From positions 1 to 12,263 of the forward strand of contig JAEOTC010000021.1 in assembly GCA_016840035.1 (NCBI GenBank): a stretch of DNA of 12,263 bases, given 5' to 3'. The position numbers and the translations under genes were made by a program. Of this stretch, positions 1 through 7,914 are shown piece by piece. Positions within the stretch are counted from its first letter, which is position 1. The number at the start of each line of letters is the position of its first letter. Under the pieces are notes generated by a model that was given only the letters and a program-made list of their open reading frames with translations, was not told the origin of the DNA and made no database searches. Source of the stretch: Candidatus Hodarchaeota archaeon. Its GTDB lineage: Archaea; Asgardarchaeota; Heimdallarchaeia; Hodarchaeales; Hodarchaeaceae.

Positions 1-611
1 GCACCAATTTCAGGAGTTGCTGATGTTACTCCATTCACTAGAGAACTTTTTCCGACATTAGGGTATCCCGCTATACAGAAAGTTGGTTGTTCAAAATCTA
101 TTCCAGGCATTAATCGCATTTCTCTTCTAACTGATTCTAAAAATTCGAGACGTGTCTTTAACTTCTTTATTACTGACTCCATCCTTCCAAACGCGGCTCT
201 ACGTAGATCTTTGGTCGCTAAGATTGAACTTGCATGCCAAACAGTACCTAAATATTCCCTCTTAATTTTCCAAATAATATCTGCAGAACCTGATAAGGAT
301 CCAAGGGTTTGACGAATCTTATCAATACTAAAACCTATATCGAGAATTTCCAGATAAAAATCATGAATATGCCCATCTTGGAGAGTTGGAAATTCTTCCA
401 CAATTTGAAACAATCTCTCACGTAACTTTCGTGAAAGGAGCTCGATTCGAGCTGCTTCCTTCTTCCGTGCTTTGCGAATTAGAGGAACAGATTTAGCCGA
501 GGTAGATGTCCCACGAATTGATGTTTTCATAACTATATTGTGAGATTGTGTAAACAGCTCATCTGAATAAGGGATCGGTTTTATTGCTCTGAAAGGGTTT
601 GTAGAAGGCAT
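1..611 (-). CDS. NOG1-family (Obg-like) GTP-binding protein, 3' end truncated by the window edge; not in the ORF track
   Basis: Manual translation from ATG at 611 (MPSTNPFRAIKPIPYSDELF...) is open to the window start. It has a helical N-terminal region (EEFPTL..HDFYLEIL, RRAAFGRM) followed by the G1 P-loop 'PTFCIAGYPNVGKSSLVN', the NOG1 signature. Confidence 0.9.
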   Translation of the reverse strand, partial: MPSTNPFRAIKPIPYSDELFTQSHNIVMKTSIRGTSTSAKSVPLIRKARKKEAARIELLSRKLRERLFQIVEEFPTLQDGHIHDFYLEILDIGFSIDKIRQTLGSLSGSADIIWKIKREYLGTVWHASSILATKDLRRAAFGRMESVIKKLKTRLEFLESVRREMRLMPGIDFEQPTFCIAGYPNVGKSSLVNGVTSATPEIG

Positions 612-655
612 AGTTTACACCAGTTGTTTGAAAAGACTAAAACTTGAATACTACT

Positions 656-1174
656 CTAATCAGTTGTTTGATTTAGTTCTTGTATACGTTTTAATCCATC
701 AATATCAGCAATTACTTTTTGGACGCTTAGAGGTACTAAATCCTCCCATTCTGCGCCCTCTATCATTAATTGCCTAATGTGTACCCCTTTATAGGAGGAT
801 CTTTTTACCAGTTTGGACGATTTAACTTCAAAGCCTGCTTCAACAAAGAGGCGTTTGATTAAACTGTGATTGGAAAAAACTACAGAGAAGGGGGGAATGA
901 AACTCTGTACATGACTCACCCAAACAGGATTCCGAAAAATGTCATAGACGGGAATGCAGTAAATATTTTCAAGGGGAATCCCTTCAGTTCTTAAACTCTC
1001 ATGGATCATTAGGACTCTTTCACCTGCAGTAAAAGGATCGGTCATGGTGTGCGACTGTTGAGCACTTCCAATAACTATAATGAGCTCATCAACTTCTGAA
1101 AGTATTGTTTTAATCATTTGAAGGTGACCTAAATGAAATGGACTGAAACGTCCAACAAATAATCCTCTAATCAT
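656..1174 (-). CDS. nadM: Nicotinamide-nucleotide adenylyltransferase (archaeal NMNAT)
   Basis: N-terminus RGLFVGRFSPFHLGH (HxGH motif), IGSAQQSHT..DPFTAGER and WVSHV match archaeal NadM; 172 aa. GGAGG SD-like sequence upstream on the minus strand. Confidence 0.93.
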   Translation of the reverse strand: MIRGLFVGRFSPFHLGHLQMIKTILSEVDELIIVIGSAQQSHTMTDPFTAGERVLMIHESLRTEGIPLENIYCIPVYDIFRNPVWVSHVQSFIPPFSVVFSNHSLIKRLFVEAGFEVKSSKLVKRSSYKGVHIRQLMIEGAEWEDLVPLSVQKVIADIDGLKRIQELNQTTD

Positions 1175-1196
1175 GTGTTTAAAGTCCTCCTTAACT

Positions 1197-2000
1197 TCAA
1201 GTGCTTTTTTTGTTATTATTTTGTTCAGTTTTTACTTTTAAAGCATCTAACATCGAAATTTTTCCTAATGCTACCATTTTAGCTAATTTAGAATCCAATG
1301 TAAGATTCCCTGACAGTTCTCTGCTCCGATTTTGAATTTCTTTAACCCGTCCAGGATGTATGTCATTTCTTACCATATGAGTTACCTCTTGTCCTTCCCT
1401 AAATCCGATTGTAATTGCCGCTTTCTCGTCAAGACTATACTTTTGCTGCGAAGTAGTTGTTTTAATGTTGGAAGCTACCTCATTCACGATTTCAAGATGT
1501 ATCTTAGGAATTTGCTGGAATATATGAAACAGCTTATTGAAAATCACCATTGATATGGATAGGGGCTTATCTCCAATCCGTATAATGATGATTTCTGATG
1601 GAAACGTTAATAGAAAACTCTGAATGGTATTAATTAAACCTTCAAGGGAGATTGTTTTGGCGGATAAAATCATTCCATCACATATTGCAGCAATGCCAAT
1701 GTTCTCCCCTGGATCAATACCAATGACCATTTTTTTAAACCGAGGGGTATGATTTCGAGCTATTAATCCTATAAGGGTAGGGATTGTGTTATCACCAAGA
1801 TTTTCGTAACTAAGATGAATTATTTTCTTATTTTCTTCTCCTGCATTAATTTTGTCGGTTGTAATAATTAGATCAAAGTGCTTCTTAGATATTGGTTGAT
1901 TTTCGGAAAAAAAATTGATTCTAAGACCCGTATCTTGACTAAGCTTTAGCATCTTGTGATAAAATCGCATATTTTTTGTTTTAACTGCAATGATCGCCAA
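1197..2000 (-). CDS. Conserved archaeal hypothetical protein with RNase H-like (YqgF/RuvC-type) fold domain
   Basis: IGIDPGENIGIAAICDG beta-strand motif with later IRIGD and IVNE acidic positions. The ORF track starts at 2030; the in-frame TTG at 2000 (LAIIAVKTKNMRFY) is a more plausible start (inference). Confidence 0.65.
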   Translation of the reverse strand: MAIIAVKTKNMRFYHKMLKLSQDTGLRINFFSENQPISKKHFDLIITTDKINAGEENKKIIHLSYENLGDNTIPTLIGLIARNHTPRFKKMVIGIDPGENIGIAAICDGMILSAKTISLEGLINTIQSFLLTFPSEIIIIRIGDKPLSISMVIFNKLFHIFQQIPKIHLEIVNEVASNIKTTTSQQKYSLDEKAAITIGFREGQEVTHMVRNDIHPGRVKEIQNRSRELSGNLTLDSKLAKMVALGKISMLDALKVKTEQNNNKKST

Positions 2001-2112
2001 AATCTGCCATCCAATGAAGATAAGTAACAATGATCTGAAAGCCTATAATAATATATTCAGTTGATGTTTCTTCAGTTAGACTCTCAATACTTCCCCGTAG
2101 CGATGATTCGGT

Positions 2113-2721
2113 TTGAATATTAAATTAAATCCTATCTTTCGATCGCAAAATGATGTTATTCACATTTTTGGACAACCTGGTACATACAAAACAGCATTCT
2201 TGGTTCAAATCATCTGGCAGAAACTTGAAGAAGGAGTAGAGCAGATATTTTTGGTTGATGTCAGTGGAAGTTTTCCATATGTGAAGTTAAGACCTATTGA
2301 AAAGCTTTTGACGAAATTAATAGTATTTCAACCGAAGTCATTAAGGGAAGAAGTTACAATCCTAGATGATCTAGAGCTAAAAGGAATTTCTGAAAGTTCA
2401 ATTCTCTTGATCGATGATATTTTTCATCGAATTAAACCAGAGGAAGAGAATCATCTTGAATCATATCTTCTAGCTGTTATTCAATCACTTTCCCAACAAA
2501 TCAAATTTCCTATCTTTATTACTAACGAAGGGAGAGGATTTGATGATAGAATTCAACCTTTAAGATCCACGTTGATGAGACATTACTTTAAAGAACACCT
2601 CTTCTTTCAGAAATCAATGAAAAAAGATGTCATTCAAATTCATCGAATGGTTAATGAAGACTATCGATATTTAACTGAATTATCAGTTGACGAATCTGGG
2701 TTATTCCCCGAAATATTTTGA
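2113..2721 (+). CDS. Short RecA/RadA-family paralog (RadB-like), ATPase core only
   Basis: Walker A-like IHIFGQPGTYKT, FLVDVSGSF, Walker B ILLIDD and PIFITNE (cf. ITNQ in RadA/RadB). 202 aa with no N-terminal HhH domain. Confidence 0.7.
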   Translation: MNIKLNPIFRSQNDVIHIFGQPGTYKTAFLVQIIWQKLEEGVEQIFLVDVSGSFPYVKLRPIEKLLTKLIVFQPKSLREEVTILDDLELKGISESSILLIDDIFHRIKPEEENHLESYLLAVIQSLSQQIKFPIFITNEGRGFDDRIQPLRSTLMRHYFKEHLFFQKSMKKDVIQIHRMVNEDYRYLTELSVDESGLFPEIF

Positions 2722-2730
2722 AAAAATAAA

Positions 2731-4512
2731 TCAAATTCGACGTGCCTGTTTTAACAACTCTTGATGTGTAATCCTGAAGTAGGTAGGCCGTCCATGGGCA
2801 CATATATGCGGATTTTCAGTTTTTGCTAGATGTGAGAGTAATTCTCGTGTTTGACGAAACGATAATTGATCTCCCGAGCGGTAAGACGTATGACAAGCAA
2901 TAACACTCAATATTTGTGTGATTTCATCTTTGAATATTGAAGTATCAATCTTTGACGAAAGTAATTCAAAAAATCCTTCAATATTTGTTTTTGAAAGAAT
3001 TTGTGGGATACCGTGTACTTCAATCACGTCAGTATAGTTTTTGGGAATACGGATATCAAAACCTAATTTAGAAAGCTGAGGAATTAGCCGTTCATCAACA
3101 TTGAATTTTGGAATTTTAAATGGTTGTAAAAGAGTTTGGATAGAGACTTTTCCTAGTTCATTTAAGTTAATTAATCGTTCAAGATTGACTCTTTCGTGAG
3201 CTGCATGAAAATCAAGAATGATCAAGTCATTTGAAGTCATATCCTCTAATAAGATAAATTCTTTTCCAAGATGTCCGCGGTAATTTAGATCTGCTCCTAT
3301 CAAATCAACTGTGTCAGCCGATGGAATAACATCACTTTTACCAGTAACAAATGGTGATTCATCACTGAAAGAAAGTTCAGTAGGAAGCGATTTCGGACGT
3401 AGTCGAAAACCATCACTTATCAGTGTACTGTTAGATGTTGTTGACTTTGATTGTGGAAAGTCTAATTGACTTCGTTGTTTCTTCAAGGCAACTGGGGTAA
3501 GTTGTGGAACCAAATTACTTGTCTTTAGACAATGATTTATCGCATTATAGATTGCTGTTCGGATCGATTTTTCGTCATAAAACAGGACTTCACGTTTTTG
3601 AGGATGAATATTGACGTCAAAATCCTGGGGGTCAATGTCTAGAAAGAGAAACGCGCAAGGGAATTCACTTTTCATTAAATATTCTCCATACCCTTCCTCT
3701 AACGCGTCTTGTATAATTTTAGAAATAATTTTTCGCCCATTAAGATAGAAAAACTGAAATTTACGATTTCGTTTATGAGAACCAGGCTTACTGATGTAAC
3801 CCATAATGGAAATGTTCCCATGGCCCACTACGCCCAAATTAAGCAATCCCTGTGCAATATCAGACCCAAATACTTTACGAATAGGAAACAAATAATCGGT
3901 AGCCCTAATTGTGTGAATTAGTATCTTCCCATCTGCGGTTAGTTTAAATGAAATCGCAGGATGAGCAACAGCATATTGGGCAATAATATCATAAATATAT
4001 CCTTGTTCGATGTAGGCCTTTTTTAGAAATTTTCGACGGACAATGAAATTGAAGAAGAGGTCTTTTACCCGAATAATTGTTCCTGAATTCGCAAGGATTT
4101 CTTCAGAGATAATAGCTTTTTCAATATCTCCAGTGACATCCACTTTTATAGCGATTTCGTCTTCATCTCTACGACTAAGTATTGAGAATCTGGAAACAGA
4201 AGCAATGGAATAGAGTGCTTCTCCACGAAATCCCATGGTATTTATCTGGGCAAGATCTTCTTCAGATTGAATTTTACTAGTGGAATGCCGCTGTATTGCG
4301 ATTGGTAATTCGTCAGCTTTAATTCCCTTCCCATTATCATGAATTTCAATAAGATCTTTTCCTCCCTCAACAATAGTAAGAGAAATTTCAGTAGCTCCCG
4401 CGTCTATGGCATTCTCTACTAATTCTTTCACAACTGAGGCTGGACGTTCAATTACTTCACCCGCTGCAATTTTACTGATCACCAATGGATCAAGAACCTG
4501 TAGTTTGGTCAT
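2731..4512 (-). CDS. mutL: DNA mismatch repair endonuclease MutL
   Basis: KIAAGEVIERPASVVKELVENAIDAGA, DNGKGI, RHSTSKI and GFRGEAL (GHKL ATPase), DVNIHPQKREV, and C-terminal endonuclease motifs DFHAAHERVNLE, ACH and CAHGRP. Start placed at ATG 4512 (MTKLQVLD), 4 nt after the mutS stop, rather than at 4542. Confidence 0.97.
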   Translation of the reverse strand: MTKLQVLDPLVISKIAAGEVIERPASVVKELVENAIDAGATEISLTIVEGGKDLIEIHDNGKGIKADELPIAIQRHSTSKIQSEEDLAQINTMGFRGEALYSIASVSRFSILSRRDEDEIAIKVDVTGDIEKAIISEEILANSGTIIRVKDLFFNFIVRRKFLKKAYIEQGYIYDIIAQYAVAHPAISFKLTADGKILIHTIRATDYLFPIRKVFGSDIAQGLLNLGVVGHGNISIMGYISKPGSHKRNRKFQFFYLNGRKIISKIIQDALEEGYGEYLMKSEFPCAFLFLDIDPQDFDVNIHPQKREVLFYDEKSIRTAIYNAINHCLKTSNLVPQLTPVALKKQRSQLDFPQSKSTTSNSTLISDGFRLRPKSLPTELSFSDESPFVTGKSDVIPSADTVDLIGADLNYRGHLGKEFILLEDMTSNDLIILDFHAAHERVNLERLINLNELGKVSIQTLLQPFKIPKFNVDERLIPQLSKLGFDIRIPKNYTDVIEVHGIPQILSKTNIEGFFELLSSKIDTSIFKDEITQILSVIACHTSYRSGDQLSFRQTRELLSHLAKTENPHICAHGRPTYFRITHQELLKQARRI

Positions 4513-4516
4513 TATT

Positions 4517-7252
4517 TTAGTACTCCTTGATCTGTTGTTCAAGCTTCTGCAGCTCTAGGACTAGCTCCTCAAGTTGTTTTAACGCTTCAATTGGAGTTTT
4601 ATAATTCACATCAATACCTGTATAACTTTTAAGAAACGCTAAGATCGTAATTTTCATATCTTTGAGTTTCTCTTCATATTTTTCTTTAGATATATTTTGA
4701 GATAATGCTTCAGCTAATGATAATTGACGAGGTTGTCCTTTCATTTCCCCAACTGCTTTCTTCATTGGAATACTACTGGAGGTTGACTCTAATTCCAAGA
4801 GCTTCTTTTGAGCATTATGGATGACACTTTGGGGAACTCCAGCCATTTTTGCTACACTAATTCCAAATGAATGGTCAGTTGCTCCTTGATGCAGTTTATA
4901 CAACAGCATTAACTCTCCATTACGCTCTTTAGCTGTTAAATGGAAGTTTTTAACCTTTGGTGACCGTTCTACTAGTTCACTTAATTGATGATAATGAGTA
5001 GCAAAAAGTGTTTTACATTTAATGTTCGTAACGATATGTTCAGCAATTGCCCACGCTAAAGAAAGACCATCATACGTACTTGTACCTCGGCCTACCTCAT
5101 CCAAGATAACTAAAGAGCGATCTGTCGCGTTATGTAAGATATGTGAGGTTTCAAGCATTTCTAACATGAATGTTGACTGACCAAAAGCTAAGCGATCAAA
5201 AGCTCCCACTCGAGTAAAAATTTTATCAACAATCCCGAACTCAAAGGACTGAGCAGGAACCCATGAACCTGATTGGGCCATTAATACCATTAAAGCCACT
5301 TGACGAATCAAAGTCGATTTACCTGACATATTAGGACCAGTAATTATATGGAGTTCGCTTCCCCCAAGATGGATTGAATTAGGTACGAAACCTGTTTCCT
5401 GTTGGAGATACTCCACAACGGCATGACGACCCTCTTGAATCTTGATTGTAGAATCAGCAATGATTTTAGGCTGGCAATATTTGTTTTTGAGAGCTGTGGA
5501 AGCAAAACAAGTTAATACGTCTAATTCCGCTAATAAATCTGAAAAAAGTTTGACCTGAGTCAAAGATTCAGAAATTTTATCACGAACTTCACAAAAAAGG
5601 TTGTATTCCAAGTCAATTATCTTCTCATCCAAATTTAAAATCTGTTCTTCTATCTCTTTTAATTTTGGGGTAATAAACCGTTCTGCACCCACTAAGGTCT
5701 GACGTCGAGTATAATCCGAGGGAATTGAATCCTCTCCTGCATCCCGTAATTGAGCTTTGGTAGCTTCAATGTAATAACCATGAACTGAATTGTACCCAAG
5801 CTTGATGTTAAATGGGGTCCGTTCTTGTTCAAAGACTTCTACTTCTCCTAAAATGTTTTTCTGGTTATTTTTCAATTCATAGAGTTTGAATAGCTCTCCA
5901 TGATATTCGGGTTTAATAATACCTCCTTCTGTTATTTTAGTAGGGGGATCTTCATGAATAGATTGCTCAATTAAACTTCTAATATCTATAAGATCTGTTG
6001 AATTAAAAGTAATAATTCTTTGCGAAATATCACTATCTAAAGGATTATTTGAGAGAAATTGTTGAATATCGAGACTTATAGTAATAGAATTCTTAAGAGT
6101 GGTGAGATCTCTTCCGTTGGCAGAGTGGTATTTAATTTTCGAAATTAAACGTGGGAAGTCAGATAATGAAGCAATGAGCTGGTTGATTTGGTCACACAGG
6201 TCAGGGTTTGAGAAAAAGGCTTGAACGGCATCTAAACGGGCATTAATAGTGTTAATATCGCGTAAAGGTTGTAATAACCATCTCCTTAACAAACGGGCTC
6301 CTGTACTAGAATTTATATCAGAATAAACTGATAATAGACTTCCAGTAATCTGACCATCAAACGCATTCCCTATGATTTCTAGATTTCTTTGTGTATTCGA
6401 ATCCAAAATAAGGGAGGATTCATCATCAAGGAGTTTGAGAGTGGTAAGGTTTGAGGGATAATCTGGTTTTAGCATGGCTAAATGGGAGATAACAGCTCCT
6501 GTAGCCCGAATTCCCTCTTCCATAGATTCGCATCCAAAACCTGCTAAGGATTTAACTTGAAAGTGGTTCAAAAGGGTTTCTTTAGCAGTTCCTAGGTTGA
6601 AAATTGTTTCATTAACAGGAGAAATCATAGTTTTGGAGGAAAGATTAATAATATTCTCAATCGCTAGTTGTAATTGTCCTTTCTGAGTTATCTCGGGTAA
6701 AATTATTTCTTTTGGACTGAATCGAGTGAATTCATCATTAAAACGCTCAATAATGTTATTATTAATTTCAGAAACAATCAATTCACCTGTTGATATGTCA
6801 ACAAAGGATAAACCGAGACTCTTTGTACGTTCATTAATTACTAAACTTAACATGAAATTATTTATCTTATCTTCCAAAATTGAGGATTCAAAAACTGTAC
6901 CTGGAGTTACAACACGAGTAACTCCCCGTTTAACAATTCTACCAGACGGAAGTTTCTTGGCATCTTCCAATTGATCAACAATCGCAACTTTGTATCCATT
7001 ATCAATTAATTTCTTCAAATATGAATCAATAGCCTTGATAGGAATACCAGCTAAAGGTATACGAGTATTTCCAACTCCCATACTTCGAGATGTTAGAGTA
7101 ATATTGAGGGCTTTCGATATAATCTTAGCGTCATCATTGAAAGTTTCGTAAAAGTCACCTAGCTGAAAAAAAACAATAGTATCTGGATAATCTTTCTTGA
7201 TATCCTCATATTGTGTCATTGCAGGAGTTTTTCTGCGAGGTTTTGAGCGCAT
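4517..7252 (-). CDS. mutS: DNA mismatch repair protein MutS (MutS1 type)
   Basis: TPAMTQY..K..YPD and GDFYE mismatch-recognition motif, ITGPNMSGKST Walker A, IFTRVGAFD, STFMLEM, ILDEVGRGTST, FATHYHQL and SFGISVAKMAG. Start is either ATG 7252 or TTG 7297. Confidence 0.97.
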   Translation of the reverse strand: MRSKPRRKTPAMTQYEDIKKDYPDTIVFFQLGDFYETFNDDAKIISKALNITLTSRSMGVGNTRIPLAGIPIKAIDSYLKKLIDNGYKVAIVDQLEDAKKLPSGRIVKRGVTRVVTPGTVFESSILEDKINNFMLSLVINERTKSLGLSFVDISTGELIVSEINNNIIERFNDEFTRFSPKEIILPEITQKGQLQLAIENIINLSSKTMISPVNETIFNLGTAKETLLNHFQVKSLAGFGCESMEEGIRATGAVISHLAMLKPDYPSNLTTLKLLDDESSLILDSNTQRNLEIIGNAFDGQITGSLLSVYSDINSSTGARLLRRWLLQPLRDINTINARLDAVQAFFSNPDLCDQINQLIASLSDFPRLISKIKYHSANGRDLTTLKNSITISLDIQQFLSNNPLDSDISQRIITFNSTDLIDIRSLIEQSIHEDPPTKITEGGIIKPEYHGELFKLYELKNNQKNILGEVEVFEQERTPFNIKLGYNSVHGYYIEATKAQLRDAGEDSIPSDYTRRQTLVGAERFITPKLKEIEEQILNLDEKIIDLEYNLFCEVRDKISESLTQVKLFSDLLAELDVLTCFASTALKNKYCQPKIIADSTIKIQEGRHAVVEYLQQETGFVPNSIHLGGSELHIITGPNMSGKSTLIRQVALMVLMAQSGSWVPAQSFEFGIVDKIFTRVGAFDRLAFGQSTFMLEMLETSHILHNATDRSLVILDEVGRGTSTYDGLSLAWAIAEHIVTNIKCKTLFATHYHQLSELVERSPKVKNFHLTAKERNGELMLLYKLHQGATDHSFGISVAKMAGVPQSVIHNAQKKLLELESTSSSIPMKKAVGEMKGQPRQLSLAEALSQNISKEKYEEKLKDMKITILAFLKSYTGIDVNYKTPIEALKQLEELVLELQKLEQQIKEY

Positions 7253-7319
7253 AGGAGTCAATTCACATATCTTTCTAATATACGAAGTTTTAGCCAAATG
7301 GAAAATATTTAATCACAAT

Positions 7320-7334
7320 TATTAAATCTTGCGT
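7320..7334 (-). promoter_or_regulatory. Putative BRE/TATA promoter of mutS-mutL
   Basis: Minus strand reads CGCAAGA-TTTAATAA, ending about 23 nt before the TTG at 7297; fits archaeal promoter geometry. Confidence 0.4.
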
Positions 7335-7436
7335 CTGTTAAGGGGAAAATTACGCCTCTCCATGAAAAAATCCTTAAGAGGAAAAAAGACAAGGAAAAAC
7401 GAGAAAAGATTTCAGATATAATGAAAAACAACTACT

Positions 7437-7521
7437 GCGGGGATTTCCCAGTCTGGTCAAAGGAGCTAGGTTCAGGTCCTAGTCGTGTAGACGTTCGTGA
7501 GTTCAAATCTCACTCCCCGCA
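7437..7521 (+). tRNA. tRNA-Leu(CAG), intronless, CCA not encoded
   Basis: Acceptor GCGGGGA/TCCCCGC plus discriminator A; anticodon arm CTAGG-TTCAGGT-CCTAG (CAG at 7473-7475); long variable arm; T arm GTGAG-TTCAAAT-CTCAC. Confidence 0.96.
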
Positions 7522-7539
7522 TCCTTAATATTCCAATTT

Positions 7540-7671
7540 GCCGAGGTAGCCAAGCGGTACGGCGCCAGACTCGAGCTATTAGTAAATAACGAGAGATCTG
7601 GTGTGCTTTGCACACGTGGGTTCAAGTTAAAGTATCCGTAAGGATACTTGAGGAAAATCCCACCCTCGGCG
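7540..7671 (+). tRNA. tRNA-Ser(CGA) with two introns (7576-7595 at 37/38; 7627-7657 at 59/60), CCA not encoded
   Basis: Acceptor GCCGAGG/CCTCGGC plus G73; D arm GCC-AAGCGGTAC-GGC; anticodon stem CCAGA/TCTGG with CGA at 7572-7574; variable arm TGTGC-TTT-GCACA; T stem GTGGG/CCCAC. Removing both inserts restores the 7-nt loops CTCGAGA and TTCAAGT, giving an 81-nt tRNA before CCA addition. Confidence 0.93.
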
Positions 7672-7859
7672 CTCCCTAGATATGTTGAAAGCGAAACTCA
7701 AATTACAGACATTGTTTTCTTACCGTAAGGTAACACACTTAAGGGGCTTACAGAGACGCGTTCTTTTGCATATAAAAAGAAAAATCTTGGGATATTAAAA
7801 CTAACTGGGAAGAATCTCCCTGCAAAAAGAAATAGGGGAAATTCCTCCTTTTCCAGATT

Positions 7860-7875
7860 AAAATATGTTTATAAG
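7860..7875 (+). promoter_or_regulatory. Putative BRE/TATA promoter of the MoxR-vWA locus
   Basis: AAAATATG-TTTATAAG (TATA at 7868-7875), about 30 nt upstream of a GGTGAT SD at 7905-7910. Confidence 0.45.
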
Positions 7876-7914
7876 AGAACTAAGTAATTATTTACTACTA
7901 CATTGGTGATTTTT

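Noticed and set aside
1332-1553. 73-aa plus-strand ORF
   Set aside because: Antisense shadow inside the RNase H-fold gene with no recognisable motif.
3709-3921. 70-aa plus-strand ORF
   Set aside because: Antisense to the conserved mutL.
4513-4542. N-terminal extension of MutL overlapping mutS, suggesting coupling or fusion
   Set aside because: MutL homology starts at ATG 4512, just after the mutS stop, and no slippery site with a stimulator is evident.
6726-6974. 82-aa plus-strand ORF
   Set aside because: Antisense to the conserved mutS.
7624-7657. Alternative T-loop intron registers (56/57, 57/58, 58/59) giving TTCAAAT
   Set aside because: The 59/60 register gives two 3-nt bulges around a 4-position helix in phase with both the T stem and the intron hairpin; the others fit BHB geometry worse.
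7684-7702. SECIS-like or hammerhead-like GAAA hairpin
   Set aside because: No in-frame TGA selenoprotein candidate nearby and no CUGANGA core.
7522-7900. Integrated element or att site at the tRNA 3' ends; CRISPR array
   Set aside because: No duplicated tRNA 3' end, integrase or regularly spaced direct repeats were seen in the window.
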